Origin: Minisyncoccia bacterium
Lineage (GTDB): Bacteria; Patescibacteriota; Minisyncoccia; Phycocordibacterales; UBA918
Direction of reading: 5' to 3'
Assembly: GCA_041742075.1 (NCBI GenBank)
Contig: JBGSJJ010000005.1
Coordinates: forward strand, 17,648 to 81,647
DNA: 64,000 nucleotides
Below the pieces are notes generated by a model, which was given only the letters and a program-made list of their open reading frames with translations, was not told the DNA's origin and ran no database searches. Both the position numbers and the translations under genes were made by a program. Positions 28,793 to 38,718 of this stretch are shown piece by piece (positions within the stretch are counted from its first letter, which is position 1; each line of letters opens with the position of its first letter).

Positions 28793-29374
28793 ATGATGAC
28801 TTGGATTATTCTCGGAGTGATAGGAGTGCTCGTGTTTTGGGCAATTATTGCGTACAACAACTTTGTAAAACTAACGCAACGGACAAAAGAAGCGTGGGCA
28901 GACATTGATGTTCAGCTTAAGCGCCGTTATGACCTTATTCCAAACCTGATTGAGACAGTTAAAGGCTACGCTGCTCATGAACGAGGGGTTTTTGAAGAAG
29001 TGACCGAAGCGAGAGCAAAAGCGACGCAGGTTCACGTCGACCCAACTGGTATTACGGCGGAACAAATAACTGCGATGGCAGGAGCGGAAGGCGCACTTAG
29101 TGCGTCTCTTGGAAAGTTGCTCGCTGTGGCTGAAGCGTATCCAGACCTTAAGGCTAACCAAAACTTTGCCCAACTCCAGACTGAGCTTTCAGATACTGAA
29201 AACAAGATTCAAGCCGCTCGTCGCTTCTATAACGGCAATGTCCGTGACCTCAAGATTGCACTCCAGTCTTTTCCTTCAAACATTGTGGGTAGCGCCTTTG
29301 GCTTTAAAGAAGAAGAGTTCTTCGAGCTTGGGGAAGGTAGTGTGGAGCGAGAGAACGTTAAAGTAAGCTTCTAA
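28793..29374 (+). CDS. lemA: LemA family protein
   Basis: N-terminal TM segment, then NNFVKLTQRTKEAWADIDVQLKRRYDLIPNL...ARRFYNGNVRDLKIALQSFPSNIVG, a canonical LemA. Confidence 0.85.
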   Translation: MMTWIILGVIGVLVFWAIIAYNNFVKLTQRTKEAWADIDVQLKRRYDLIPNLIETVKGYAAHERGVFEEVTEARAKATQVHVDPTGITAEQITAMAGAEGALSASLGKLLAVAEAYPDLKANQNFAQLQTELSDTENKIQAARRFYNGNVRDLKIALQSFPSNIVGSAFGFKEEEFFELGEGSVERENVKVSF

Positions 29375-29382
29375 ACAAGTCT

Positions 29383-30315
29383 ATGGCTCGAGAAGCGATA
29401 ATAATCCACGGAAAGCGAGTCGGGCGTTTGCGGGCTAGCTGGCTTCTGTTTAAAGAATCATGGCGATTCCTGTCTACTGACCCAGAACTCCTCTGGGTTC
29501 CAGTAATTACATTCTTTATCAACTTGTTCCTACTTGGTTTTTTAATTGGTGCATTTCTGATTGGCACATTGGGGAACCTTGAAGCGTGGCTAGAGGAAGG
29601 AATGAATAGCGTAAAGTATTTATTGGTATTTGGCATATACGTAATTTGTACTTTTAGTGTAGCAATTGCTCAGGCTGCTATTTCGTATATTGTTTTTACC
29701 CGCGCTGAGGGAGGAGACGCTACCCTAAAGCAGGGAATGAAAGTTGCCTTTGCGCATAGTCAAGCGCTTCTTATTTGGGCAGTGATTGCTGGTACTGTTA
29801 GTCTACTTATCCGCTACTTCATTGAAAAATCGCCACTGTTTGGGAAAATTCTCATTTCAATGCTTGGTTTTGCCTGGTCTGTTCTCACGTACTTTGTGGT
29901 GCCGGCGATTGTGCTTGGAAAAAAAGAACCAGTCGTGGCAATCAAGCACTCAGGCAAGTTGTTTACTGAAACCTGGGGTGAGACTGTGGTGAGCAATGTT
30001 ACCCTTGGCCTAGTATTTGTCGTAGCTCATGTTATTGCGTTCACGACCTTTTTTGGACTGGTAGTACTCGGTATGGCATTTAATTCAGCCTTGTTTATTA
30101 TTGGTGCCATTTGTCTAATTTTTATCTGGGTAGTCGCAAGCACAATTGTTTCACAAGTATTAGAGGCAGTCTTAAAAACTCTCCTCTATGTCTACGCGAC
30201 AAAAGAGCCGGTTAAAAACTTTGATGTCGAGTTGCTTGAAAAAATGTTAGTAGTTAAGAACTCTACTATGCCAGTTGCTTCTGTGGCCCCAAGTACAGTG
30301 TCGAGTGTAATCTAA
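29383..30315 (+). CDS. Polytopic membrane protein (unknown family) co-located with lemA
   Basis: About 6-7 TM helices. Starts 9 bp after the lemA stop. No diagnostic motif. Confidence 0.4.
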   Translation: MAREAIIIHGKRVGRLRASWLLFKESWRFLSTDPELLWVPVITFFINLFLLGFLIGAFLIGTLGNLEAWLEEGMNSVKYLLVFGIYVICTFSVAIAQAAISYIVFTRAEGGDATLKQGMKVAFAHSQALLIWAVIAGTVSLLIRYFIEKSPLFGKILISMLGFAWSVLTYFVVPAIVLGKKEPVVAIKHSGKLFTETWGETVVSNVTLGLVFVVAHVIAFTTFFGLVVLGMAFNSALFIIGAICLIFIWVVASTIVSQVLEAVLKTLLYVYATKEPVKNFDVELLEKMLVVKNSTMPVASVAPSTVSSVI

Positions 30316-30321
30316 TTATGT

Positions 30322-30693
30322 ATGTCAAAAATATACTACAACAAACTAGTACGTGACCAGATTAAAGACAAAATAGAACAGAAGGGTGAGACCTGTGAAG
30401 TGCGAGTCATTACTGATGATGCTGAGCTCGAACAAGAACTGCTTAAAAAAGTAGTTGAAGAGGCCAGTGCACTCGCTCACGCGAAGACTCGCGAAGATTT
30501 CTTATCGGAATATGCTGACCTCATGGTAGTGCTTGATGCCCTTACCAAGCATTTAGAGTTTTCCGAAGCCGATATTAAGTCAGCCATGACAGAGAACGTA
30601 GAACGTAAAGGCTTTTATAAAAATCGACACTTCCTCCACTGGTCAGCTGACGATGGGTACCAAAGTAATGAAACTCCGCAAGGCTTAAAATGA
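30322..30693 (+). CDS. MazG-like all-alpha NTP pyrophosphohydrolase (phosphoribosyl-ATP pyrophosphohydrolase-like, COG4997-type)
   Basis: YNKLVRDQIKDKIEQKGE...EYADLMVVLDAL...ERKGFYKNRHFL matches the small house-cleaning NTP-PPase family. Confidence 0.65.
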   Translation: MSKIYYNKLVRDQIKDKIEQKGETCEVRVITDDAELEQELLKKVVEEASALAHAKTREDFLSEYADLMVVLDALTKHLEFSEADIKSAMTENVERKGFYKNRHFLHWSADDGYQSNETPQGLK

Positions 30694-32396
30694 AGTACCT
30701 CAGCTCCTTAGCTGTTTGTTTTCTCTTCTTGTTTCTTTTCGCTCCACTCGCGCTTGCTGAAACGATTCAAAAGTTTGATGCTGTGTACGACATTCAAGAA
30801 GACGGAACCGTGCTAGTGAGAGAGTCGATTTGGTATGACTTCGGTACAGAATCAAGGCGCGGTATTTTCCGTACGCTTGAGACAGACCACCCACAGCCAG
30901 CATCTCGCACTTTCTATAAGCGAAAGGTGGACATAGACGTGCGTGACGTGACACAAAATGGCGAACCCGCTACCTACGACACTACCTATAGCGGAGTGTC
31001 TGTTGAGGTAAAGATAGGTGACCCGGATGTATACCTCACTGGAATTGTTAATTACGAAATTACGTATGTACTCAGGGGAGCGCTCTCCTATGGTACAGAC
31101 GGCGCTGAGTTGTATTGGAACGTTACCGGTAACAACTGGCCTGTAGCTATACAGGAAGTAACAGCACTCGTCTCGGGGGATACTGAAAGTGTTCTGGCTT
31201 CTCAAAGTGCTTGTTATCAAGGCACGTATGGGAGCGATCTTTTCTGCACTGAATTAAGTACTTCAAGCGAAGGAACACTGTTTGTGAGTCGTAACCTCGG
31301 CGCTTATGAGGGTTTGACGATAGCACAAGAAGTAAACCCGGTAGTCGTCAAAGAACTAATTATAGAAAAACCGGTGATAAGTTGGATGCTTTGGGTACTT
31401 GGATTATTGTGGGCGGTTGGACTCTCAATGTGGGCGTGGCGATTTAATCAGGCTAACCGGTCAACCCGTCCGGTAATTGCTCAATACGAACCATATGAAG
31501 GTTTTCTACCGATGTACACGGGAGTCTTGTTTGACAATCGACTTGACCCACAAGACATTACCGCTGGTATTATCTACTTAGCTGAGCAGGGTTTTATCAC
31601 TATTAAAAAGACCGAACAAAAAGTACTGTGGGTTTTTAATACGACTGATTATGAACTTACGCTTAAGCGTGAACTGGCAGAAGTACCGACGGATTTTCTT
31701 AAGGTAATTATGGAGTTATTGTTTGAAGCCAGCGCGCCAGTTTCTACAACAGTACTACTCTCTGGGCTGGCTAAAAATCGCGAAGCCAACAGCAAGCTAG
31801 TCCTGAAACTTCAGGCGAGCCTGAGAACAGACTTGCTAGCGCAAGGCTTTCTCGAATCAAAGTATGGTGCTACAGCTCGGAGTATAGCTAAAGCCTTTGT
31901 TTTAGTTTGGCTCCCGGCGTTGACACTGTTTTGGTACCTCGGAGGCTTGGACGGCTCGATAATTGCACTGATTGTCATTGTGTCGGTGGTTACGCTCATT
32001 ATCTATGTCCTCGCGAGTTATAACCGTCGGTCCCTGAAGGGGCATGAAGCGTTGAATCACCTAGAAGGTTTTAAATTGTTTTTATCAGTCACTGAAAAAG
32101 ACCGGCTTGAGTTCCATAATGCGCCAGAAAAAAGCCCGGAACTCTTCATGAAGTTTCTACCGTATGCGATTGCACTTAAGATGGAAGAAAAATGGTCAAA
32201 GGTTTTTGAAGGTATCACTATTCCGACTCCTGATTGGTACCAGGGAGGAAACATTGGCACGTTTTCTGCAGTAGCCTTCACAAGTGACGTGAGCGCCTTC
32301 TCGACGTCGTTTTCAAGCTCCTCCGGCACGAGTGGCTCAAGTGGCGGAGGTTCAAGTGGCGGTGGAGGTGGTGGCGGTGGAGGTGGCTCTTGGTAA
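30690..32396 (+). CDS. DUF2207-family membrane protein with a Gly/Ser-rich C-terminal tail
   Basis: Signal peptide, extracellular beta-rich domain, TM helices, then the tail SSSSGTSGSSGGGSSGGGGGGGGGGSW typical of DUF2207. ATGA overlap with the upstream gene. Confidence 0.65.
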   Translation: MKYLSSLAVCFLFLFLFAPLALAETIQKFDAVYDIQEDGTVLVRESIWYDFGTESRRGIFRTLETDHPQPASRTFYKRKVDIDVRDVTQNGEPATYDTTYSGVSVEVKIGDPDVYLTGIVNYEITYVLRGALSYGTDGAELYWNVTGNNWPVAIQEVTALVSGDTESVLASQSACYQGTYGSDLFCTELSTSSEGTLFVSRNLGAYEGLTIAQEVNPVVVKELIIEKPVISWMLWVLGLLWAVGLSMWAWRFNQANRSTRPVIAQYEPYEGFLPMYTGVLFDNRLDPQDITAGIIYLAEQGFITIKKTEQKVLWVFNTTDYELTLKRELAEVPTDFLKVIMELLFEASAPVSTTVLLSGLAKNREANSKLVLKLQASLRTDLLAQGFLESKYGATARSIAKAFVLVWLPALTLFWYLGGLDGSIIALIVIVSVVTLIIYVLASYNRRSLKGHEALNHLEGFKLFLSVTEKDRLEFHNAPEKSPELFMKFLPYAIALKMEEKWSKVFEGITIPTPDWYQGGNIGTFSAVAFTSDVSAFSTSFSSSSGTSGSSGGGSSGGGGGGGGGGSW

Positions 32397-32591
32397 GAGT
32401 TTTGTAAAAATAGCGATCTGCTTTGTCGCACTTCGTTCGCAAATGCTCATCGTATGTTCAATACGCCTCGCATCCGCTTGCTCGTACTTCGCGCATCTCA
32501 TCAATTTTTACAAAGCTCTTTCGTCAGCGTTAAAACTATGCACAAATCGTAAAGGTTGAGATATTGACACGTGCGGTATAATTGAATCTAT

Positions 32592-33488
32592 ATGGCAACA
32601 CTATACACACAACAGGGAAGTAATATACGCAAAACCTGGTTACTCATGGGGGCGTTCTTAGTAATGGTTATCGCGATTGGTTATGCTGCGTCATGGTACT
32701 TAGGTAACCCATTTGTGATGTATATTGCTATCGCTTTTGCGCTCATTATGAACGTCACCAGCTACTGGTTTTCTGACAAGATAGTACTGAGTATGACAAA
32801 CGCCAAGCAGATACAAAAGGCTGATCACCCTGAGTATTGGAATATTGTCGAAAACCTCTCTATCACTACCGGTCTACCAATGCCGAAGGTGTATATCGTC
32901 GAAGACCCATCTCCAAACGCGTTTGCAACCGGACGAAACCCAGAGCACGCAGTTGTCGCTGCGACGACCGGTCTACTTACCATGCTCAATAAAAACGAAA
33001 TTGAGGGAGTAATGGCGCACGAAATGGCGCACATCGGTAACCGAGACATGCTCGTGATGACGGTGGCGGTGGTGCTAGCTGGCTTTGCTGCTCTTCTGGC
33101 CGACTTCTTTATGCGGGCGACGATGATGGGCGGGGACAACCGTGACCGCAGTCCGATTTTTCTGATCCTTGCTATTGTCGGTATTATTCTGGCACCAATT
33201 GCTGCTCAGCTTATCCAGCTGGCGGTCTCGCGTCGTCGTGAGTACTTAGCTGACGCCACGGCCGCTCTCACTACTCGCTACCCGGAGGGCTTAGCTTCGG
33301 CGCTTGAGAAGATAAGCGGGAGTAACATCCAGATGAAGCATGCATCACACGCCACGGCCCACTTGTTTATTGCTGACCCGTATGAAGATACGCATAAGCG
33401 CTCGATTGGGTCTCGGATTGGTGGTTTGTTTCAAACCCACCCACCAGCTGAACTCCGTATTGCGAAACTACGTGAGATGAGTCTCTAA
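32592..33488 (+). CDS. htpX: Zinc metalloprotease HtpX (M48)
   Basis: HEMAHIGNRD (HEXXH), 4 TM helices, and the downstream metal-ligand region EYLAD. Confidence 0.85.
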   Translation: MATLYTQQGSNIRKTWLLMGAFLVMVIAIGYAASWYLGNPFVMYIAIAFALIMNVTSYWFSDKIVLSMTNAKQIQKADHPEYWNIVENLSITTGLPMPKVYIVEDPSPNAFATGRNPEHAVVAATTGLLTMLNKNEIEGVMAHEMAHIGNRDMLVMTVAVVLAGFAALLADFFMRATMMGGDNRDRSPIFLILAIVGIILAPIAAQLIQLAVSRRREYLADATAALTTRYPEGLASALEKISGSNIQMKHASHATAHLFIADPYEDTHKRSIGSRIGGLFQTHPPAELRIAKLREMSL

Positions 33489-33538
33489 AAGCAGTCCTAC
33501 CTAGTGAATATAGGTAAAATATTTGCGATAATAAAGAC

Positions 33539-34321
33539 ATGAATAAAAACCTTGTCATTGCGATAGTGATTACCTTCGTGCTAATCGGTATTGCAGTTGT
33601 GGTTGGTAATACAAACAAAAAAGACGCTGAAATTGCTCAAGTAGCAACGGAAGAGGTGATTGGTGAAAGTACGGTGTTTTATGCCGAGTATGATCCATCA
33701 GTTACCTTTGAAATTATTTTTGCAGAGGAACTGGCTAAGTTCGTTGGCAGTGACTTAGACGGAATAATTCTTACTCAAGTAGAAAGTGCTTCTGGTGCAA
33801 AGTATGAAAATAAGGAGGCTAATGTGGCAGTTTGGAATAAGGGCTCTCAAGTTACTATTTATAAAAACGATATAGAAATCTTCACGGGTATAGAAGGGGA
33901 AGCGCCTCCGGTAGTTGAGCCAGAAACTTCAACCACTACTGCTGAAGTCGATGAACGGTTGACTGCTTCAAACTGGGTTTGGAGTAAAACCGAGATTAAT
34001 GATGGGAGGGTCCTTGAGCCGTCTACACCAGGCGCGTTTATACTCTCGTTTGCTAAAGACGGTACCGTACGTCTAAAAACTGACTGCAATAGCTTTTCCG
34101 GTATGTATACAGCCACTCTAACAAGTGTAAAAATATCCTCACTTGGCGGTACCGAGATGGCCTGTGCGGAAACGAACGAAACTGACCTGACGAGGTCACT
34201 CATTGACCCAATGGAATTTTTCTTTACCGAAGCCGGCGACTTGGTCCTTCAGATACCCTACGATTCTGGCTCAATTATTTTCACGAAGGAGGGTGGAGTA
34301 GTGGATGCCGAGTCAGTTTAA
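33539..34321 (+). CDS. Membrane-anchored protein with an MliC-like lipocalin domain plus a META/HslJ-like domain
   Basis: N-terminal TM segment. AEYDPSVTFEIIF...GAKYENKEANVAVWNKGSQVTIY is MliC-like. SNWVWS...DCNSFSGMYTA...MACAE...LQI is META/DUF306-like. Confidence 0.45.
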   Translation: MNKNLVIAIVITFVLIGIAVVVGNTNKKDAEIAQVATEEVIGESTVFYAEYDPSVTFEIIFAEELAKFVGSDLDGIILTQVESASGAKYENKEANVAVWNKGSQVTIYKNDIEIFTGIEGEAPPVVEPETSTTTAEVDERLTASNWVWSKTEINDGRVLEPSTPGAFILSFAKDGTVRLKTDCNSFSGMYTATLTSVKISSLGGTEMACAETNETDLTRSLIDPMEFFFTEAGDLVLQIPYDSGSIIFTKEGGVVDAESV

Positions 34322-34866
34322 GTCTTTGGTAAAAACTTGCTGTGAATTTCGGAGCTTTTAATTTTGGTGAATGTCTCAAGAAACAAAAGGTCACGTGCAA
34401 CAATAAATGTACCTATGTAGTCAGTTGGTTTACTTTCTCTAAGTAATGAAATTGCGTTGTCGAGCGATACCCATAGCGGTATAAGACCAATTTCTTTTTC
34501 TCCCTCTTCAAGCTGTGTCTCGTGTATGTCACCAACAACCTTAGCTTCAAAGCAGTATGAGACTTGAAGGAGATTAATTTGATTTCTATACTCAATTGTT
34601 ACACCTATTTCATTCACTACATTACAATCACAACCAGCCTCCTCCAGAACTTCACGTCTGAGCGTAGTTTCGATATTTTCACCGTGCTCAATTCCACCGC
34701 CAGGGAGTTTGTAGTGGTTAAGCTTTGAGATATGTTGGAAAGAAATCTGATTTTGATCATTGAACAAAATTGCTCGAGCAGCTTTTCTAAGTTTGTATGG
34801 TTTGTCAAAATACTCATTAGTACCAATGCCAAGTGATGCATCAGTAATTTCTTTAATTAATTCCAT
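34318..34866 (-). CDS. NUDIX hydrolase
   Basis: Nudix box GGGIEHGENIETTLRREVLEEAGCD. Confidence 0.8.
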   Translation of the reverse strand: MELIKEITDASLGIGTNEYFDKPYKLRKAARAILFNDQNQISFQHISKLNHYKLPGGGIEHGENIETTLRREVLEEAGCDCNVVNEIGVTIEYRNQINLLQVSYCFEAKVVGDIHETQLEEGEKEIGLIPLWVSLDNAISLLRESKPTDYIGTFIVARDLLFLETFTKIKSSEIHSKFLPKT

Positions 34867-35069
34867 ATAATTTAGTATAACTCTTAAATAGTCGAGTATA
34901 TTTAGTGGAGGTGCAAAGGGGGGGATTCGATTCTTACAGAATCTGTGCAGCGTTTGGATATTTTAATTCACTTTGTTCTTAAAATATCTCAAACCGCTTT
35001 TCAAATCCTGGCAACGGATTTTTTCAAAATCCTGCCACCCACCCTCCACTCGTTCGTTGCACTTACTCG

Positions 35070-35156
35070 CGGAGGGTGGGGGATTTGAACCCCCGATCAG
35101 GTTACCCCAATACCGCCTTTCCAAGGCGGCGCACTAGACCACTATGCGAACCCTCC
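35070..35156 (-). tRNA. tRNA-Ser (anticodon GGA), class II with long variable arm
   Basis: Minus-strand sequence GGAGGGTTCGCATAGTGGTCTAGTGCGCCGCCTTGGAAAGGCGGTATTGGGGTAACCTGATCGGGGGTTCAAATCCCCCACCCTCCG. Acceptor stem GGAGGGU/ACCCUCC, anticodon loop UUGGAAA, T-loop GGTTCAAATCC. The 3' trailer forms a terminator hairpin with CCACCCACCCTCCAC at 35038-35052. Confidence 0.8.
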
Positions 35157-35250
35157 AATTTATTAAACCTAACTGTAGGATTCGATAGTGGTCTAGTTGA
35201 CTAGTCCTCCTCGCTTCACTCGGATGAATATGTACCCCATACATATTCAT

Positions 35251-35271
35251 CCACTATGCGAACCCTCCAAT
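35251..35271 (-). repeat. 21-bp exact duplicate of the tRNA-Ser 5' end about 112 bp upstream of the tRNA, adjacent to a perfect 12-bp-stem hairpin (tRNA fragment or att-like remnant)
   Basis: CCACTATGCGAACCCTCCAAT occurs at 35139-35159 and at 35251-35271. Hairpin GGATGAATATGTaccccatACATATTCATCC at 35221-35251. A D-arm-like GATAGTGGTCTAGTTGAC at 35184-35201. Confidence 0.5.
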
Positions 35272-35331
35272 GTTTAGCACTGCATCATACCGTATTTTTA
35301 TGGGCTATGAAAATACTGGTATACTTATAGT

Positions 35332-35850
35332 ATGGAATTAGCGACCAAACCTCAAAAACAACTGATTGTAGCCACGTTTCTTTTCGGCTTTTTTACTGGC
35401 GCGTACCTGTACGTAACAGTGTTTGCACCAGCGTATAGTGACGGTATAGTGCCAGACCTTAGGTCAAGTTCAAAAGATAACGACTTCAATATCCAGGCCA
35501 CGCAGTACGGTGCCTGTCTTCAGTCTGGTCTTACCTGTCCAACCTATGAACTAGATGCTAGAGGTATGTTGCGCGCTTTGCCAGGAGTACCACTGGATGA
35601 AGAAGATATTCTGGTAGAGATAGAACTCACCTCTGCTGATATGCGTCTTGTAAAGAACGCAGTAAGAGAGGCAACACTTGAAGCGTATGCCGCCACGAGT
35701 GATCGTGAGGATTGTGCACAGGTGGAGAGTAATGAGTATCGGTACATGATTACCAATGGGGCTGACACCTATACGCTTGATACTTGTCGGACTGACTTTG
35801 ATAAGACAAGTGAACTGCAGGAGGTGCTTGAAGCCCTTTTTGAAGAATAA
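35332..35850 (+). CDS. Hypothetical membrane-anchored protein
   Basis: N-terminal TM segment, acidic C-terminus, no recognised domain. Confidence 0.3.
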   Translation: MELATKPQKQLIVATFLFGFFTGAYLYVTVFAPAYSDGIVPDLRSSSKDNDFNIQATQYGACLQSGLTCPTYELDARGMLRALPGVPLDEEDILVEIELTSADMRLVKNAVREATLEAYAATSDREDCAQVESNEYRYMITNGADTYTLDTCRTDFDKTSELQEVLEALFEE

Positions 35851-35868
35851 AGTGATAGAATAGAAGAT

Positions 35869-36501
35869 ATGAAATGGTACGCTTGCACGTTCCTTCCTTT
35901 ACTCATCCTTATGTGGGCATTCCCAGTCTGGGGAGCAGAGTTTGTGTCGCCTCAGTCGAGTACCGACTTAGTGGTGATAGACCATGAGAAGCCTGGCATG
36001 TGGTATTTTGGTACCTTGGACGACGCGCCCCACACCTTCATGCTGTACTTGGATGAGACCAAAGAAGTGAAACTGCAAGTACTGGTACCAGCTCGCGGGG
36101 GAGCTGAAGCACAGACAAAAGGAGCGATTATTGTGAAGCAAGCAACACGTGGGGTAGATGAAGTCGCGCGGCTAAAAGCCGAAACGGCCTCGTGGGATCC
36201 TTTTACGGACTGGATCACCGCTGACCGGTATGTGCGCGGGGCAGAATTTAACGGGAGTCTTGATAGTGGGGTCTATATTATAGAAGTGCATAGCCCGGAC
36301 AATCTCGGTCCCTATGTGCTCACCTATGGTACTGGTGGTAGTCTTTCTGGCTATAATTACTTTAAGAACCTCGCTCAGGTCTATCATATAAAACAAAGTA
36401 ACGGCTCGCCGATAGTCTGGATGATTTTGTCGCCCCTGGTGTATATACCACTTGTCCTACTTGCAATCGGGCTTTGGTGGTATCGAAAAAAATATGCTTA
36501 A
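35869..36501 (+). CDS. Hypothetical secreted protein with a C-terminal TM anchor
   Basis: Signal peptide (..PVWGAEF), C-terminal TM segment plus KK tail. No recognised domain. Confidence 0.3.
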   Translation: MKWYACTFLPLLILMWAFPVWGAEFVSPQSSTDLVVIDHEKPGMWYFGTLDDAPHTFMLYLDETKEVKLQVLVPARGGAEAQTKGAIIVKQATRGVDEVARLKAETASWDPFTDWITADRYVRGAEFNGSLDSGVYIIEVHSPDNLGPYVLTYGTGGSLSGYNYFKNLAQVYHIKQSNGSPIVWMILSPLVYIPLVLLAIGLWWYRKKYA

Positions 36502-36573
36502 ACTATTAGTTATTGTCATTGCCGGAGTTATCTTTTACTACTTTGCGTTTAGTGCTTTGGTAGGTTACGCACC

Positions 36574-36843
36574 GTGGTAAAAAAAACTCCCGTAAAGCCT
36601 TGGTTTGTGTACGTGCTTCGCTGTGCGGATGATTCGCTGTATACCGGTATAACGACTGACCTTGTCCGTCGCGAGAAGGAGCACAATACGGCTAAAGTCG
36701 GCGCCAAGTACACCAGAATGCGTCGCCCGGTTACGGTGGTCTATAGTGAACGGTTTAAAAGTCGGAGTGAAGCGGGAGTACGTGAGGCGGCTTTAAAGAA
36801 GTTATCACGGCTAGAAAAGATAGAACTGCTCGACAAAAAGTGA
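36574..36843 (+). CDS. Small GIY-YIG nuclease family protein (UPF0213/YhbQ-like)
   Basis: FVYVLRCADDSLYTGITTDLVRREKEHN...(R)...E follows the GIY-YIG core pattern. 89 aa. Confidence 0.65.
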   Translation: MVKKTPVKPWFVYVLRCADDSLYTGITTDLVRREKEHNTAKVGAKYTRMRRPVTVVYSERFKSRSEAGVREAALKKLSRLEKIELLDKK

Positions 36844-36912
36844 TTTTGTAGTATGATGTCGGGGCATTTGAGTGCTCACTCCAGCACTCCTTTTTAATTT
36901 ATAAAACCCTGT

Positions 36913-38697
36913 ATGTCACAAGAAATTCGTAATATTGCAATTATCGCCCACGTAGACCATGGCAAGACCACCCTCACTGATGCTCTGATGGAGCAGACAG
37001 GAGCGCGTGAGAAGAATGCGTCTATGGACAGTAACGCGCTTGAGCAAGAGCGTGGTATTACAATTTACGCAAAAAACACCTCAATTGAGTACAAGGGTAC
37101 CAAAATCAACATTGTGGATACACCAGGTCACGCCGACTTCGGTTCTGAGGTAGAACGTGTTCTTCGCTCTATCGACTGTGTACTTTTGGTGGTAGACGCG
37201 CAGGAAGGACCAATGCCACAAACTCGCTTTGTGCTTAAGAAGTCTATCGAACTTGGCCTCAAGCCAATTGTAGTCATAAATAAAATCGACAAGCCAGCCG
37301 CTGATCCAGAAAAGTGTGAAGAGCAAGTACTTGAACTCTTTTTGGAACTTGGTGCGACTGATGAACAGTGCGACTTTACGCCAGTGTATGCGATTGGTCG
37401 CGAGGGTGTTGCTAAGCGAAAGATGGAAGATGAACTGAAGGATCTTTCGCCACTCATGGACGTGATTCTTGAAAAGGTTCCACCGGCTCGAGCGTATGTA
37501 GAGGGTGAAGCTCTCCGCGCGCAGGTGTTTAACCTTGGGTATGATAGTTTCCTTGGACGTCTCGCCGTCGCGCGTATTTACGAAGGAAAAATTCTCGCTG
37601 GCGCCCAACTTCTCATGAAGCATGAGGAAGAGCCAACGCGAAAGGGAAAGGTGGTGAAGCTTTCAACCTTCAAAGGTATTTCTAAAGTCGAGGCACCAGA
37701 AGCATTTGCCGGCGATATTGTGATGATTGCCGGTTTTGCTGACATCAACATCGGTGACACGCTTACCGACAGTGAGACAGCCGAGCCACTCCCAGCTATT
37801 AAGGTAGACGAACCAACGATTGCACTGCAGTTTATGCCAAACAGTTCTCCGTTTGCCGGACGAGAAGGGAAGTTTGTGACGTCGAGGCAGATTCGTGAAC
37901 GACTCGAGAAGGAGCTTGAAATTAACGTTGGTCTGCAAGTAGACTTTGTGTCCGGCGATAGTTTTGAAGTGCGCGGACGCGGTGAAATGCATATTTCTAT
38001 TCTCCTTGAAAACATGCGACGAGAAGGCTACGAGCTCGCGGTTTCTCAACCACGCGTAATTATTAAAGAAGAAGACGGACACAAGATGGAGCCGTTTGAA
38101 GAAGTGACTATCGACGTACCGTCACAGTACCAAGGAGCAGTGATTGAACGACTTGGTACCCGAGGTTTCATTATGACCAACATGGTAACGCATGAAAACC
38201 AGGTGCGACTCACTTTTGAAGGTCCAACCCGCGGTATCTTAGGCTACAAGAACCAGTTTATTGTGGACACGAAGGGTGAAGGAATCTTGGCTTCACGTGT
38301 GCTCGGCTTCCGTCCATACGCCGGAGAGATTCAGAAGCGTGTAGTGGGCTCAATGATTTCGATGGTGCAGGGCAAGGCGCTTGCTTTCGGACTGTTTGGT
38401 CTTCAGGACCGTGGACAGCTCTACATCGGTGCTGGTGCTGAAGTGTATGAAGGTATGGTGATTGGTAACACGAGTAAGGGTGAAGAAATGACCGTAAACC
38501 CAACTAAGGGTAAACAGCTTACCAACATGCGAGCTTCAGGGAGCGATGACGCGATTACACTCGTACCACCAAAGCTTCTTACGATTGAAGTGGGGCTCGA
38601 AATTATGGCAGACGATGAGTTTCTCGAAGTGACGCCACAGAACGTCCGACTTCGAAAGTCAAAGCTCAAAGAAGGTGAACGAAAGCGGGGGACCTAA
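36913..38697 (+). CDS. typA: Translational GTPase TypA/BipA
   Basis: NIAIIAHVDHGKTTL, DTPGHADF, NKID G-motifs, and the EF-G-like domain order with the BipA-specific C-terminal domain. Confidence 0.95.
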   Translation: MSQEIRNIAIIAHVDHGKTTLTDALMEQTGAREKNASMDSNALEQERGITIYAKNTSIEYKGTKINIVDTPGHADFGSEVERVLRSIDCVLLVVDAQEGPMPQTRFVLKKSIELGLKPIVVINKIDKPAADPEKCEEQVLELFLELGATDEQCDFTPVYAIGREGVAKRKMEDELKDLSPLMDVILEKVPPARAYVEGEALRAQVFNLGYDSFLGRLAVARIYEGKILAGAQLLMKHEEEPTRKGKVVKLSTFKGISKVEAPEAFAGDIVMIAGFADINIGDTLTDSETAEPLPAIKVDEPTIALQFMPNSSPFAGREGKFVTSRQIRERLEKELEINVGLQVDFVSGDSFEVRGRGEMHISILLENMRREGYELAVSQPRVIIKEEDGHKMEPFEEVTIDVPSQYQGAVIERLGTRGFIMTNMVTHENQVRLTFEGPTRGILGYKNQFIVDTKGEGILASRVLGFRPYAGEIQKRVVGSMISMVQGKALAFGLFGLQDRGQLYIGAGAEVYEGMVIGNTSKGEEMTVNPTKGKQLTNMRASGSDDAITLVPPKLLTIEVGLEIMADDEFLEVTPQNVRLRKSKLKEGERKRGT

Positions 38698-38718
38698 GAC
38701 GAACACCTCTTGCTACAA

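Noticed and set aside
32057-32431. Minus-strand ORF with PPPPPPPPPPLEPPPLEP.
   Set aside because: It is the antisense reading of the Gly-rich tail of the DUF2207 gene.
37081-38082. Minus-strand ORFs of 109-180 aa inside typA.
   Set aside because: They are antisense to a conserved GTPase gene and have no motifs.
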